Source: an uncultured Nitrososphaerota archaeon
GTDB lineage: Archaea > Thermoproteota > Nitrososphaeria > Nitrososphaerales > Gagatemarchaeaceae
Direction of reading: 5' to 3'
Assembly (NCBI GenBank): GCA_963718895.1
Contig: CAVRAG010000008.1
Span: forward strand, 256,001 to 320,000
DNA: 64,000 bases
Made by a program: the position numbers and the translations under genes
The notes under the pieces: generated by a model
Seen by the model: only the letters and a program-made list of their open reading frames with translations
Told to the model about the DNA's origin: nothing
Database searches by the model: none
Shown here: piece by piece, positions 41,853-51,273 of the stretch
How the letters are laid out: the number at the start of each line of letters is the position of its first letter
Numbering within the stretch: position 1 is the first letter of the stretch

Positions 41853-42065
41853 CTATGGCTCGATTCCTTCGAGGCGCGTGTTTCGACGCCAAATCATCGC
41901 GATGGCGACCAAGACAATCACGGCTATGACGAGAGCCAACTCTATCCTGAACGATGTGGGAGAAGGTGAGATGATTATCGCATCTAGTAGGAGCAACAGC
42001 AGCCCGGAAACGGCCATGTTGCGCCTCCAGCCCTTAGGAGGTCGTCGAACCTTTGCAGCTGTCAA
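41853..42065 (-). CDS. Small two-TM hypothetical protein
   Basis: Two hydrophobic helices with basic flanks. Confidence 0.45.
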   Translation of the reverse strand: MTAAKVRRPPKGWRRNMAVSGLLLLLLDAIIISPSPTSFRIELALVIAVIVLVAIAMIWRRNTRLEGIEP

Positions 42066-42156
42066 CGTCCTCTACCCGTTCGGTCCTCGTCTATAGGCAA
42101 TCCGATTGGTTCAGGGCGACCCCTCGAGGACATGGGGGGATCTCCCTCAGCCGGGC

Positions 42157-42405
42157 TCACGCCACGACTTTTCTGAACAGGCAGAGGGTCGCCCCCATCG
42201 TCAGGATGGCGATGAGAGCAATCACTCCGAGGGCCGAGATCTCAGCCCTCAGCGAGAAGTATCCGGGAATTGAAAGGTCTCTTACCCCGATTACGGCGCA
42301 GCTGATTGGGTTGACATTCGAGAACGTCTGCATCCAAGACGGCATGAAGCTCACGGGGACGAGCGCGGTGCTCATGAAGAGCAGCGGGAAGGTTACGAAG
42401 GCCCT
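42157..42405 (-). pseudogene. ABC-2 permease C-terminal fragment
   Basis: FVTFPLLFMSTALVPVSFMPSWMQTFSNVNPIS...R; no N-terminal part and no ATPase partner. Confidence 0.65.
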
Positions 42406-42437
42406 GATTTCTCGGATGAAATCTCCGCCCTCGAGAC

Positions 42438-43580
42438 TTACCTTTCGTGGGGTTGCGGACCCTCGGAGTTAAGCCTTGAGCTCGGCTTCCTGTGGGTGTC
42501 CTTCCTCTGGGAGACGAGTCTCTTGGCCCATGTGTTGACCTGGTCGAAGGCGTCGGCTACCTCGTAGGAGAAGACGCTGTACGAGTACCGCTCCTTCGGC
42601 GAGATAACAAGCACGTCCACCTGGCACTTCCTCTTGGTGGACTTGGTCTCTCCGGTCTTTATTATCGCTCGCGCCTCGGAGATCTCCGGGAAGGACTTCC
42701 TGAGGAGCTGAACGGCGTCCTTGAATTTCCGGCTGACCGCCGCGGCCCTGAACGGGTCGTCGGGAAGCCCCACGATGAACATCGGGAGCTGCGGTCCACT
42801 GTTCCTCCTCTCGAGGATCTTCATGAAGTCCCGATATGTGATGATCCCCTGGACTTCCCCCGTGTTCATGACGAGGGAGTAGTTGACTCTGTCCTTCTTC
42901 ATCTTCAGGTAGACCTCCAGCAGCGAGTCCGTGATCTCGTTTGTCACAAGACTGCCCTCCCCATAGTTTCTCAGTGGTTCATCGAACCTGCCGGACTGCC
43001 TTCCCCCCTTGACCTCCCTATCCGCCTTCGGGGCCAGGTTGAAGACTATCGAATCCGAGGTGGCTATGCCGGCCAGTCTTCCACCGTCCAGGATGGGGAC
43101 CTGGTCGACCTTCTTCCTCCTCATCAACTCTCTGGCCGAAGCGAGGGTCGCGCTGGCCTCGATCGTCACCGGCTCCTTGGTCATTATCGACGAGAGCCTC
43201 ACAGCGGCGTCGGACTCGACCAGCTTCCCGACTATCGCCGGCGATGTGACCTGACCGACGAGCTTACCCCCCTGGTAGATGGGCATCGACCTCGTCCTGT
43301 ACTCGAGCATCAGGGAGGCGGCGTCGCTTACGGTGTTCTGCCTGCCGAGACGAGGCACTTGGTGCATCAGCTTCGATAGGCGCGTGTCGAGGCTTGAGAG
43401 GTCCAGCAGGTCTCGAACCGTGACGATGAACGTTCGTTCACCCTCCTCCACGACGGCCTCGTACGACCGCGTCTCGCGCATGAAGCCTATCACCTCCGAG
43501 ACGCGGTCGTTAGGCGAGAATGCCTTGACCGGTGTCTCGAATTCAGATATAGGTTGAGTCATCAAGTCTGAGAGTTTCAT
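42438..43580 (-). CDS. Four-CBS-domain protein with a C-terminal HPF/RaiA-like domain
   Basis: CBS repeats (IMTKEPVTI, QVPILDGGRLAGIAT, GIITYRD), then a ~100-aa beta-alpha-beta-beta-beta-alpha pattern ending VADAFDQVNTWAKRLV. Confidence 0.7.
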   Translation of the reverse strand: MKLSDLMTQPISEFETPVKAFSPNDRVSEVIGFMRETRSYEAVVEEGERTFIVTVRDLLDLSSLDTRLSKLMHQVPRLGRQNTVSDAASLMLEYRTRSMPIYQGGKLVGQVTSPAIVGKLVESDAAVRLSSIMTKEPVTIEASATLASARELMRRKKVDQVPILDGGRLAGIATSDSIVFNLAPKADREVKGGRQSGRFDEPLRNYGEGSLVTNEITDSLLEVYLKMKKDRVNYSLVMNTGEVQGIITYRDFMKILERRNSGPQLPMFIVGLPDDPFRAAAVSRKFKDAVQLLRKSFPEISEARAIIKTGETKSTKRKCQVDVLVISPKERYSYSVFSYEVADAFDQVNTWAKRLVSQRKDTHRKPSSRLNSEGPQPHER

Positions 43581-43661
43581 GCTGTTGGCTCCGGCCCCCC
43601 AGTTGGGGCTTATGAATGTGCTAGGTAGATTTCTAGAATCCCCCGAGTTGCTCGGCGGCGA

Positions 43662-44060
43662 CTAGGGGCCTTGCCAGAGCATGAGGAGGTTCCCCTCTGA
43701 GTCTTTGAAGAACGCAGCGGCGCCGCCCATGTCATAGGCGATCGGGCCTTCGACCTTCGTGGTGGTCTCGCTCTTCTCTGCCCGCTGGAATCTGACACGT
43801 CTGGACCTGAGGTCGGCGACCGCCGCTTTGATGTCCTTGACGGCGAAGACAGAGTAGGCGAGGGTCCGCTTCTCCCTCTCGGAAGGTGATACCAGCCAGA
43901 ACTCCGATTTGCTGACCTTGACCGAGGCCCAAAAGTCCTTCATCTTTCCTTCGCCCCGAAAGAGCAGCTTCCCGCCGAGAGTCTCAGTGTAGAACTTCAC
44001 GGCGCGATCCATGTTGCGGACCGAGACGAGCGTCGCATGGGTGCTTGTATCTGACAGCAT
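43662..44060 (-). CDS. VOC/glyoxalase family protein
   Basis: VRNMDRAVKFYTETLG, FAVKDI, FFKDSEGN. Confidence 0.88.
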   Translation of the reverse strand: MLSDTSTHATLVSVRNMDRAVKFYTETLGGKLLFRGEGKMKDFWASVKVSKSEFWLVSPSEREKRTLAYSVFAVKDIKAAVADLRSRRVRFQRAEKSETTTKVEGPIAYDMGGAAAFFKDSEGNLLMLWQGP

Positions 44061-44196
44061 GACACCGAAATGGAGCAGGCTGCGTATTTAAGATTCGACA
44101 TAGGACGGAAGCAGGCCCGCGCAGATGGGGATCCTCTTCTTTACGAATCTCGGCTCAATAAGGATAATAGAGGCGAATTCGCGCTCACGCATCGTA

Positions 44197-44619
44197 ATGG
44201 AAAACAAGATCGTCCAGATAGTCCCTGCGGACGTCTCAGAATTTGCCAGGGAGGTCGACTCATCGCTCAGCCGGTCGGTGACCGGAGATAGCGTCAATCT
44301 AGGCCAGTTTGGAGGCGCAACAATCGCGGCAGGCCAGGAGATGGCGAGGAAGAGGATGCAGACAGTCTCGATACAGTCGTGCGACGTGATATTCAGGGCC
44401 GGGGGAATCGAGTACGATGAATGGGCGACAGCCCTCCTGTTCATGGCGCGCAGCGCCGAGTTCTTGAGACGGAAGGCCCGCGACGGCCAGTGTTACAATC
44501 ATGAACAGCCGTGCATGACCGCACGCGAAGAGGAAGTAGGAGTATACAGGGCGTGCCTCGATTCGTTCCAGACCCTCCTGAACGAGCTGAAGTCGAAGGA
44601 CATCAATGACCCAGACTAA
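44197..44619 (+). CDS. Hypothetical protein
   Basis: Clean ORF overlapping the next gene's start; no family recognised. Confidence 0.55.
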   Translation: MENKIVQIVPADVSEFAREVDSSLSRSVTGDSVNLGQFGGATIAAGQEMARKRMQTVSIQSCDVIFRAGGIEYDEWATALLFMARSAEFLRRKARDGQCYNHEQPCMTAREEEVGVYRACLDSFQTLLNELKSKDINDPD

Positions 44620-45265
44620 GGATACATCAGAAGCAGCGCCGAAGACCGGGACGACGGCCCAGCTACGGTGCTACTATCATCCAGCTCACAGAGCGGTCGG
44701 GGTCTGTTCGGTCTGCAAACGAGGTGTTTGCAATTCCTGCCAGGTGATATTCAGGGGCAGACGCTTCTGTAAGGACGATGCAGCCCTGCTGCGAGGGAAG
44801 GAGCAACGTACATCCAAGACGCAGCTCAGAAGGAATGAGATCACCCTGGGAGCGATCTTCGCCTTCTTGGATGGTGTTGCGGGAGCGGTCGTGGGGTTCC
44901 TCCTGGTCATCATAGGTCTTATCGGGCCTCAGGCCCAGACTTCCTACTCGTTCACGTCCACCCTCCAGCCCTTCTTCACGTACTTCGCGAACGTGTTGGA
45001 TTTTCCGGCAACCCAAGCCCTGGAAGTCGGATTGTTCATCTTCTGCCTGGGATTGCTGGACATATTCGCGGGGGTCGGCATGCTGAGGCGATCGCGCGTG
45101 GCAGGCATACTGGCTATCGGAATCAGCATCCTCGGAGGAGTGGCTGTCGGTTCTTACCTCGTCATTCTAGCACTCGCGGGATTCTTCACGTACGTCTATC
45201 TCGTCTCCGCAGTGGCCAAGATAGTCCTGATCGGGCTGGGAAGGAAGTACCTCGACGAGAGGTAG
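44606..45265 (+). CDS. B-box-like zinc finger membrane protein
   Basis: CYYHP...CSVCKRGVCNSC...C followed by four TM helices. Confidence 0.7.
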   Translation: MTQTKDTSEAAPKTGTTAQLRCYYHPAHRAVGVCSVCKRGVCNSCQVIFRGRRFCKDDAALLRGKEQRTSKTQLRRNEITLGAIFAFLDGVAGAVVGFLLVIIGLIGPQAQTSYSFTSTLQPFFTYFANVLDFPATQALEVGLFIFCLGLLDIFAGVGMLRRSRVAGILAIGISILGGVAVGSYLVILALAGFFTYVYLVSAVAKIVLIGLGRKYLDER

Positions 45266-45370
45266 CGGGAGGAACTTCATGGGATCAGCGAGGCCCTGAC
45301 TGTCGCCGCCCGAAGGAGCCGCGGCTCTCCCAATCGCGCCTCCGGGGTTGGGGGGTTGCTCGGCCTGGTG

Positions 45371-46187
45371 CTAGTCCCGAATTCCGAGCTCATTCATCAT
45401 TCGTGAGGTCTGAGTGTATGCTTCGGTCACCCATTCGCGGATCTTTCGGGGGTCATCGGGCCACTGCAGCTCGATGCTCACCGGGCACACCACACCGGTC
45501 TCTTTGAGAGAGACCAGGTAGTCCTTCAGGGGGACGACACCCCTGCCCGGCGGAAGGTCCCCATGGACCTTGCCATCGCAGTCAGAAAAGTGTACGTTGA
45601 TCACTTTCCCGCGGAGTCGCTCCAGGGACCGCGGGGCGTCGCCCATCAGATAGAGGTGGGAGATGTCGGCGTTCGCCTTGACCGAGGGGTGGTCGACCTC
45701 GCCGATGAACCTGCACATCTCGGCCACCGAGTTCAGGAGGTATAGCCTGTAGGGGACGTACTCGAGAGCAATCTCTATCCCGAGCGACCTGCAGTAGTCG
45801 GCGATCTCTCTGACCCCGGCCAGAGCCCAGTTCCACTGGAGTTCGGGCTTGAACTCGCGCTGCTCGTACGAGTAGCTGCCAAGGACGAGCACCATGGTGG
45901 GCGGAATCCAGACCATGGCCGAGGTCCGCCTGCTCCTTTACGTATTGGACGCTGAACCTACGCATCTCGGGGACGAAGTCTGTGAGACCATTCGCGGCTA
46001 CGATGAACGAGGAGCACGGTAGCCCGCAGTCCCGAAGAGCCTTCCGCTCGGCCTCCCTTGTCGTTGCGAGAGTGTCGAGAAGGAAGACGTCGTAGGAATC
46101 GAAACCGATCTCCTTCGCCATCCTGATGCCGGCGACAGGGTCGACGGGAGAGTTCCACCAGCAGTTCTCGACCAGCCCGAGTTTCAA
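45371..46187 (-). CDS. Sugar-phosphate isomerase/epimerase, xylose isomerase-like TIM barrel (frameshift near 45905)
   Basis: IALEYV, ADISHL, NVHFSD, PGRGVV, SIEL. Confidence 0.82.
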
Positions 46188-46355
46188 GGGAGGATCACCT
46201 GCTCTTCTACCGACCGGGAGATTTCACTGGACGCCATAAGTAGCTTGCGGGGTGGGTCCCGTCCAGAATTTCAGGTCTCTTTCAGGCGGCATCCGGCTGA
46301 CCTCTTAGTCGGCGAGAGAAGCGGCCTTATTACACAGCCCGCGCAAACCGCGGCG

Positions 46356-47129
46356 ATGAGATGTCCTAGGTGCGGACAGGACATACTTGACCCCGACCCC
46401 AGCTTCTGCCCGAAGTGTGGATATGAGATAGCCGCACGAAGCACAATGCAGCAAGCGCCGATCGCAGCGGCACATACCCCTCCATCACCGACCGGGGAAC
46501 CTCCTGTCTCTTCCCCCCACCCCCCGACCGGCGCGGGCACAATCGGTGCGAAGTACTATCTCCTACCACTCCTGGCGATAGTCGGGGGTTTCATAGGGTA
46601 CCGCGCAGTCAAGAGGCGCAATCCGCGCGTCGGGGCGACCATCTTCACGATAGGCCTGCTCGTTTCGCTGGTGTACGTTGGTGCAGGGTTCGAGCTTTAC
46701 TCCCACTTCTCCGCTCCCACAGGAGTCTACGGCATGGCGATTACCGGTGTCAACTTTCCCAACTCGTCCACGGTCGTCGTTACGGTCGCCAACCAGGGGA
46801 CGCTTGGGGATGGCCTGGAATCGGTGGCCATCAACAACGGCACGCTCTGGCTGGTGTACGGCTTGCTAAACGCTAGCAGCCCACAGGCATCGACCGAACT
46901 TCAGACAGGCAGCTTGGTATTCGGTCTCTACGGCTACATCTTCGCAAACGGCACCGACCAGGCCGCCGGGACCGGGGGATCTGGCACGGTTGGCACCGAG
47001 AGTTTCCCGCCCGGGCACGCAGACACCATCACGATACCGTACGCCTGGATCCCTCTCACTTCCTACAGGATCTTCATCGCCACAACCAGCACTCACTCAG
47101 ATGAGCTATCCGTAGTGAGCCCTGCATAG
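46356..47129 (+). CDS. Zinc-ribbon plus TM protein with an extracellular beta domain
   Basis: CPRCG...FCPKCG, Pro-rich linker, two TM helices, VTVANQGT. Confidence 0.7.
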   Translation: MRCPRCGQDILDPDPSFCPKCGYEIAARSTMQQAPIAAAHTPPSPTGEPPVSSPHPPTGAGTIGAKYYLLPLLAIVGGFIGYRAVKRRNPRVGATIFTIGLLVSLVYVGAGFELYSHFSAPTGVYGMAITGVNFPNSSTVVVTVANQGTLGDGLESVAINNGTLWLVYGLLNASSPQASTELQTGSLVFGLYGYIFANGTDQAAGTGGSGTVGTESFPPGHADTITIPYAWIPLTSYRIFIATTSTHSDELSVVSPA

Positions 47130-47257
47130 ACCACGGACGCTCTGGCTGAGGCACCCGGACCAGGCTGGAGGCCTCAACCTATGACCATGGCCTGAAGGCG
47201 AGTCTTGGCTTCAGAGGCAGGGCCGACGGAGAGCCCGCCCCAAACGCGAGGTACAGC

Positions 47258-47401
47258 CTAGACTTTCTTCCTGAGCTTCTTAGCGTCGGCCTTCAGTGCA
47301 CTTCCACCTCTCTTGATCTCCTTTCCGGCCTCTATGCCGACCTTGGAGAGATCCGCCTCGGTCTTCTTTACTGCCTTTGTTACCTTGCTCTTGGCTGACA
47401 T
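47258..47401 (-). CDS. Small Lys-rich protein, 47 aa
   Basis: MSAKSKVTKAVKKTEADLSKVGIEAGKEIKRGGSALKADAKKLRKKV. Confidence 0.5.
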   Translation of the reverse strand: MSAKSKVTKAVKKTEADLSKVGIEAGKEIKRGGSALKADAKKLRKKV

Positions 47402-47526
47402 CTTATCGCCCCAAGACATGAAGTCCGAGATAGAAAAACTAGCCCATTCGGCCATCGGAAGGAGGAGCATGGTTGCTCCTGCGGGGCATTCGGAGGGGAA
47501 GGGGTCTGAAGTAAGAGGAGGCGGTC

Positions 47527-47700
47527 CTAGAAGAGATCGAACCCGCGGGGTTCGAGCTTGCTCTTGCAGATCGGACATCGGTAGCCCAGCTCCTTCGCAC
47601 AGATGTCGCAGAAGTGGAGCCTGCAAGTCCTGCATTGGAGATTGAGAATCTCGACGTCGTGGCATTCCGCGCACGTAGCGGGGACAGCTACAAATCCCAT
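47527..47700 (-). CDS. 57-aa RING-like (C4C4) zinc finger, missed by the ORF track
   Basis: Manual translation MGFVAVPATCAECHDVEILNLQCRTCRLHFCDICAKELGYRCPICKSKLEPRGFDLF*. Confidence 0.7.
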   Translation of the reverse strand: MGFVAVPATCAECHDVEILNLQCRTCRLHFCDICAKELGYRCPICKSKLEPRGFDLF

Positions 47701-47860
47701 TCACAGGTCGCCTCGATTGAACGCCAGATGGAAAGAGTGCATGGACTCGCTGCCTCACGGACGTGCGCTCCGGGGGGGCTATCAAGCTTGCGGGCAGGCA
47801 CGATCATCGAAGATAAGCATCAGGTGGTCCGATCGAAAAGACAGGACTACTGGATCTCGC

Positions 47861-48319
47861 TCAGCCTAGCTTGGAACAGGCCGACCGGGGGGTCGCATCT
47901 TCTTCTTTGTCCGAGTAGCTCCCGTTCATCCACAAGAGGTGAAACTTCTCCGCGACGTCGGGGTTTAGTCTGGCGTTGGCGGACATGACTTCAAGGTTTG
48001 AGGATATCTGCACGCACTTGAATGAGCTCCTGTAGACGGCGAATCTCTTCCCTTCACCAGTGACAACTATCCGCTCTACCATGAGAAGGCCGTTGCGAGA
48101 AAGTTCGCTGGTTCTCCTGTAGCACGTGCTCAGGGGGACGGCCTGTTCAAGGCTTATCTCTTGCACGGTCTTGCCTTCCTTCACGGTCGAGGAGACGATC
48201 CTTCTCGAGAACTCGTCGGCCAGAGCCGTCAGGATGCTTCTTGCCAGCGCTCCGTTCAGGACTATCATTTCTCCGACGTTGTCGTTTTCCTTGTGCTCGA
48301 GCCTTATTGTCGTCGCCAT
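47861..48319 (-). CDS. ArsR-like winged-helix regulator
   Basis: ILTALADEFSRRIV, TVQEIS...VPLSTCYRR..EL...GLL. Confidence 0.78.
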   Translation of the reverse strand: MATTIRLEHKENDNVGEMIVLNGALARSILTALADEFSRRIVSSTVKEGKTVQEISLEQAVPLSTCYRRTSELSRNGLLMVERIVVTGEGKRFAVYRSSFKCVQISSNLEVMSANARLNPDVAEKFHLLWMNGSYSDKEEDATPRSACSKLG

Positions 48320-48517
48320 CTGCCGTCGCACGGGAGAGGTTGAGCACGATATTTGACCGGGCCGTATTGGTTGCAACGACCTCGACGCAAATGCGGCGAA
48401 TTGCAATTCCGGCGACCACATATTGCAGGATTCGCGGGAGAAGGCATCTACGTTGGCCGATGGGTGAAAGGAATATATCGCATTACTTTCTCGACTTTAT
48501 GCCGAGGTCCTGCGAGT

Positions 48518-49039
48518 CTGAAAGAGAGAACGGTGACGATTTCCTTCCGGATCAGCGAGACCGCCTTCAAAGCGCTCCAGGAGGACTCAAAGAGGCACAA
48601 CGTCAGCATCAACACGCTCGCAAACCAGCTCTTCGTCACCTACGCCGAGTACGACAGGTATCTTTCGAAGTTCCACATGATCAAGCTCTCTGCCTCGACA
48701 TTCAAGCGGATACTCAACGCGGCGAGCGAGGAAGAGATCGCAGAGGCGGGCTCGACCGCAGGGACCAGCGTCCCCGTGTCCTTCATCCTGGCCCAGAAGG
48801 GTGACTTCACCTTCGAGAACGCCGTGGAGTATCTCAGGACGATGGGAACCCACGCCAACCTCTTCGACTTCACGGAGTCCATTGGGAACTCGAGCACCAT
48901 AAGCAACATCACTCTCACGCACGATCTTGGTCTGCGCGGCAGCGAATTCCTTGCAAATTATGTAGAATCGATGTTCAAGCCGCTTGGGAAGGAGTTCAAG
49001 ATAGTCAAGTATCCGGATGCCATCACGATAAAGTTCTAG
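48518..49039 (+). CDS. Ribbon-helix-helix plus V4R-like hypothetical protein
   Basis: TISFRIS...LQEDSKRHNVSINTLANQL (RHH); HDLGLRGSEFL. Start uncertain (CTG 48518 follows a TATA-like TTTAT). Confidence 0.6.
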   Translation: MKERTVTISFRISETAFKALQEDSKRHNVSINTLANQLFVTYAEYDRYLSKFHMIKLSASTFKRILNAASEEEIAEAGSTAGTSVPVSFILAQKGDFTFENAVEYLRTMGTHANLFDFTESIGNSSTISNITLTHDLGLRGSEFLANYVESMFKPLGKEFKIVKYPDAITIKF

Positions 49040-49128
49040 TCCTGAGATTTTGCGCCCGAACTATGCAATCAATCGCAATTAGTACATCCTGATGATATAC
49101 GGAAGGAATCCTGTTTGCCCGAAGGAGC

Positions 49129-49344
49129 TTGACGGAAGCCTCCCAGTCCACGCTAACGGTCACCCTGCGCACCATAGATGATTTCGAGAAGACCAGGAGG
49201 AGAATCCTGCGGATCAAGGGGGTGAGGACGGCAGACCTGAACTACATATCCCAGAAGCTACGCGTTCGATATGGCGGGGACGCTGAGAGCAGCGTGAAGG
49301 TCCTGGCGGCGATAAAAGAGGCAATCGCGCCCCACGTCGGCTGA
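49129..49344 (+). CDS. HMA-fold small protein without CxxC
   Basis: IKGVRTADLNYISQKLRVRY...VLAAI pattern. Confidence 0.55.
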   Translation: MTEASQSTLTVTLRTIDDFEKTRRRILRIKGVRTADLNYISQKLRVRYGGDAESSVKVLAAIKEAIAPHVG

Positions 49345-49658
49345 GCAGGTATCCGAGACCGGACCGAACCGGTTCCATGCCAGGCCATGAGACGATAACT
49401 TGGAGCCGAGAGTGTCTGAGCATGAGTGACCCGACTCCAGTTGACGTGGGGGGGGCCGCAGAGGACACGGAGTCGCGTCCTCCAACGGCGAGGTCCAGCT
49501 GGGCTCGTTGATTAGGCGGGCGCCGTCTCGGCGGGTGCCGATGGACTCGTTCACGGTACTCGAACAATCCCGACGCTCGTTGCGCCTCGAGGCGAATTGG
49601 CCAAGTTGGCGCCCGTTCGTCACAGTGGAGGGTCGGGGAGCTTCTTCAATCCTCGGGC

Positions 49659-51080
49659 CTAGATTGACGGCCTGATATTCTGATTGAAACGGAACATGTT
49701 GGCCGGGTCGTACCTGTTCTTCAGGGATGTCAACCTCTTGAACTTCTCTTCCCCGTACGCCGCCTTCACTCCCCCCTCACCCTCCTCGCCCATGAAATTC
49801 ACGTACCTTCCAATCGCGAACTTGTCCAACGCCGCAAAGCAAGCCCTCGTCCACTCCATGTGTCTCTGGTTCTCTCTTGAATCGGTCCAGGTGGAAACGA
49901 TGTTGACGATGAACGGGCGCGTCGCGATGGTTGTACGACGTGGAGAGGTCCACGGGCGTCTTCGAGGCGCCACCCAGCTGGTGGATGTGTATCGCGGACA
50001 ACGGCGAAGTGATCTTCTCAGCTTGCTCCAAGAGGGTATCAATCGCCGAGTCAGAGAGCCCACCAATGTAGCATGACTTCCAGTAGTTCATGACGCCCGC
50101 CGGAGCGGACTCGTCGAACAACGATTGAAGAGCCAGATAGGGCATGGGGTGCATGAGGTCGGCTACTGGCTTGCCGAACTTCCGGAGCGGACTCAGCACC
50201 ACCTCCCCTTCCTCGATCGCTCCCGCGTAGCAGACCGCGATCGCCACAACCTTCTTGCCATGTATCTCGCCTGGCAGGAAGGGCGCGGGCGGTGCAGTCA
50301 GGAAGACGGCCAAAGTGGTGAGCTCGTTAGGGACGTCCTTGACGAACTCTCTGTGGAACCTGAGAAGGGCCGGTGCGTCTTCGGCTCTATAAACGAGCAT
50401 GCCCCCGAGCACGATAGTGCCTACCTCGTGGAGTTGGTACTCGAACGAGGTCACGACTCCGAAGTTGCCGCCTCCCCCTCGTACCCCCCAGAAGAGGTCC
50501 GGATTCTCGCTGTTGCTCGTCATGAGGAGCTCGCCATCGGCGGTGACTATGTCGGCGGATACTAGACTGTCGAGGGCAAGCCCGTGCTTCCGCACGAGCC
50601 ATCCGATTCCTCCCCCCAGCGTGAACCCGGCGATCCCTGTGGTCGAGACAAGACCACCCGTCGTCGCAAGACCAAAGGTCTGCGTCTCGCGGTCGAATTC
50701 GCCCCAGGTCACCCCGGGCTCCGCCCTGACCCTGTTCCTGTTCGGGTAGACCCTTATCCCCCTCATCAGAGAAAGGTCGAGCATCAAGCCATCGTCGCAC
50801 ACAGCAGACCCCGCGATGCCATGGCCCCCTCCGCGTACGGAGACCGGTAAACCGTGCCCGCGGGCAAAGTTTACCGCGGTCATTACGTCGCGCGCGCGCC
50901 CAACGCCCTCACTATCAGGGCGGGACGTCTGTCTATCATCCCGTTCCAGACCTTCCTCACCCTGTCATAGGATTCGTCCCCCGGGGATATCACATTCCCC
51001 CTCACGTCGCTCCTCAACTCCCGAACTGCGGATTCCTGGATCAACACGGGGCGCTGCGCTCTTTCGGTCACATGACTCAC
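49659..51080 (-). CDS. FAD-binding oxidoreductase, VAO/BBE family (frameshifts near 50890 and 49920)
   Basis: [56 protein letters not shown]. Confidence 0.88.
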
Positions 51081-51221
51081 ACGGGTGCGACCCGCCTTGA
51101 TATTTAGGCGCTACTCCCGTCAAGGAGGCTCATCAAGACCAGTGGCGCGCGATTAGACGTCGACGGTCGCTTCTGAATCAGGAACTCGCAGTGGAGGCAT
51201 CAGGGAATCGGATTCTGAGAT

Positions 51222-51258
51222 AAGGAAGAGGGGGGAAACCTCCCCGAAGGGAGGTTTC
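51222..51258 (-). terminator. 10-bp hairpin with a C(UUCG)G loop after flavoprotein 1
   Basis: GAAACCTCCC-TTCG-GGGAGGTTTC on the minus strand (51235-51258), then a pyrimidine tract. Confidence 0.6.
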
Positions 51259-51273
51259 AGGTCTGGCCCGGGT

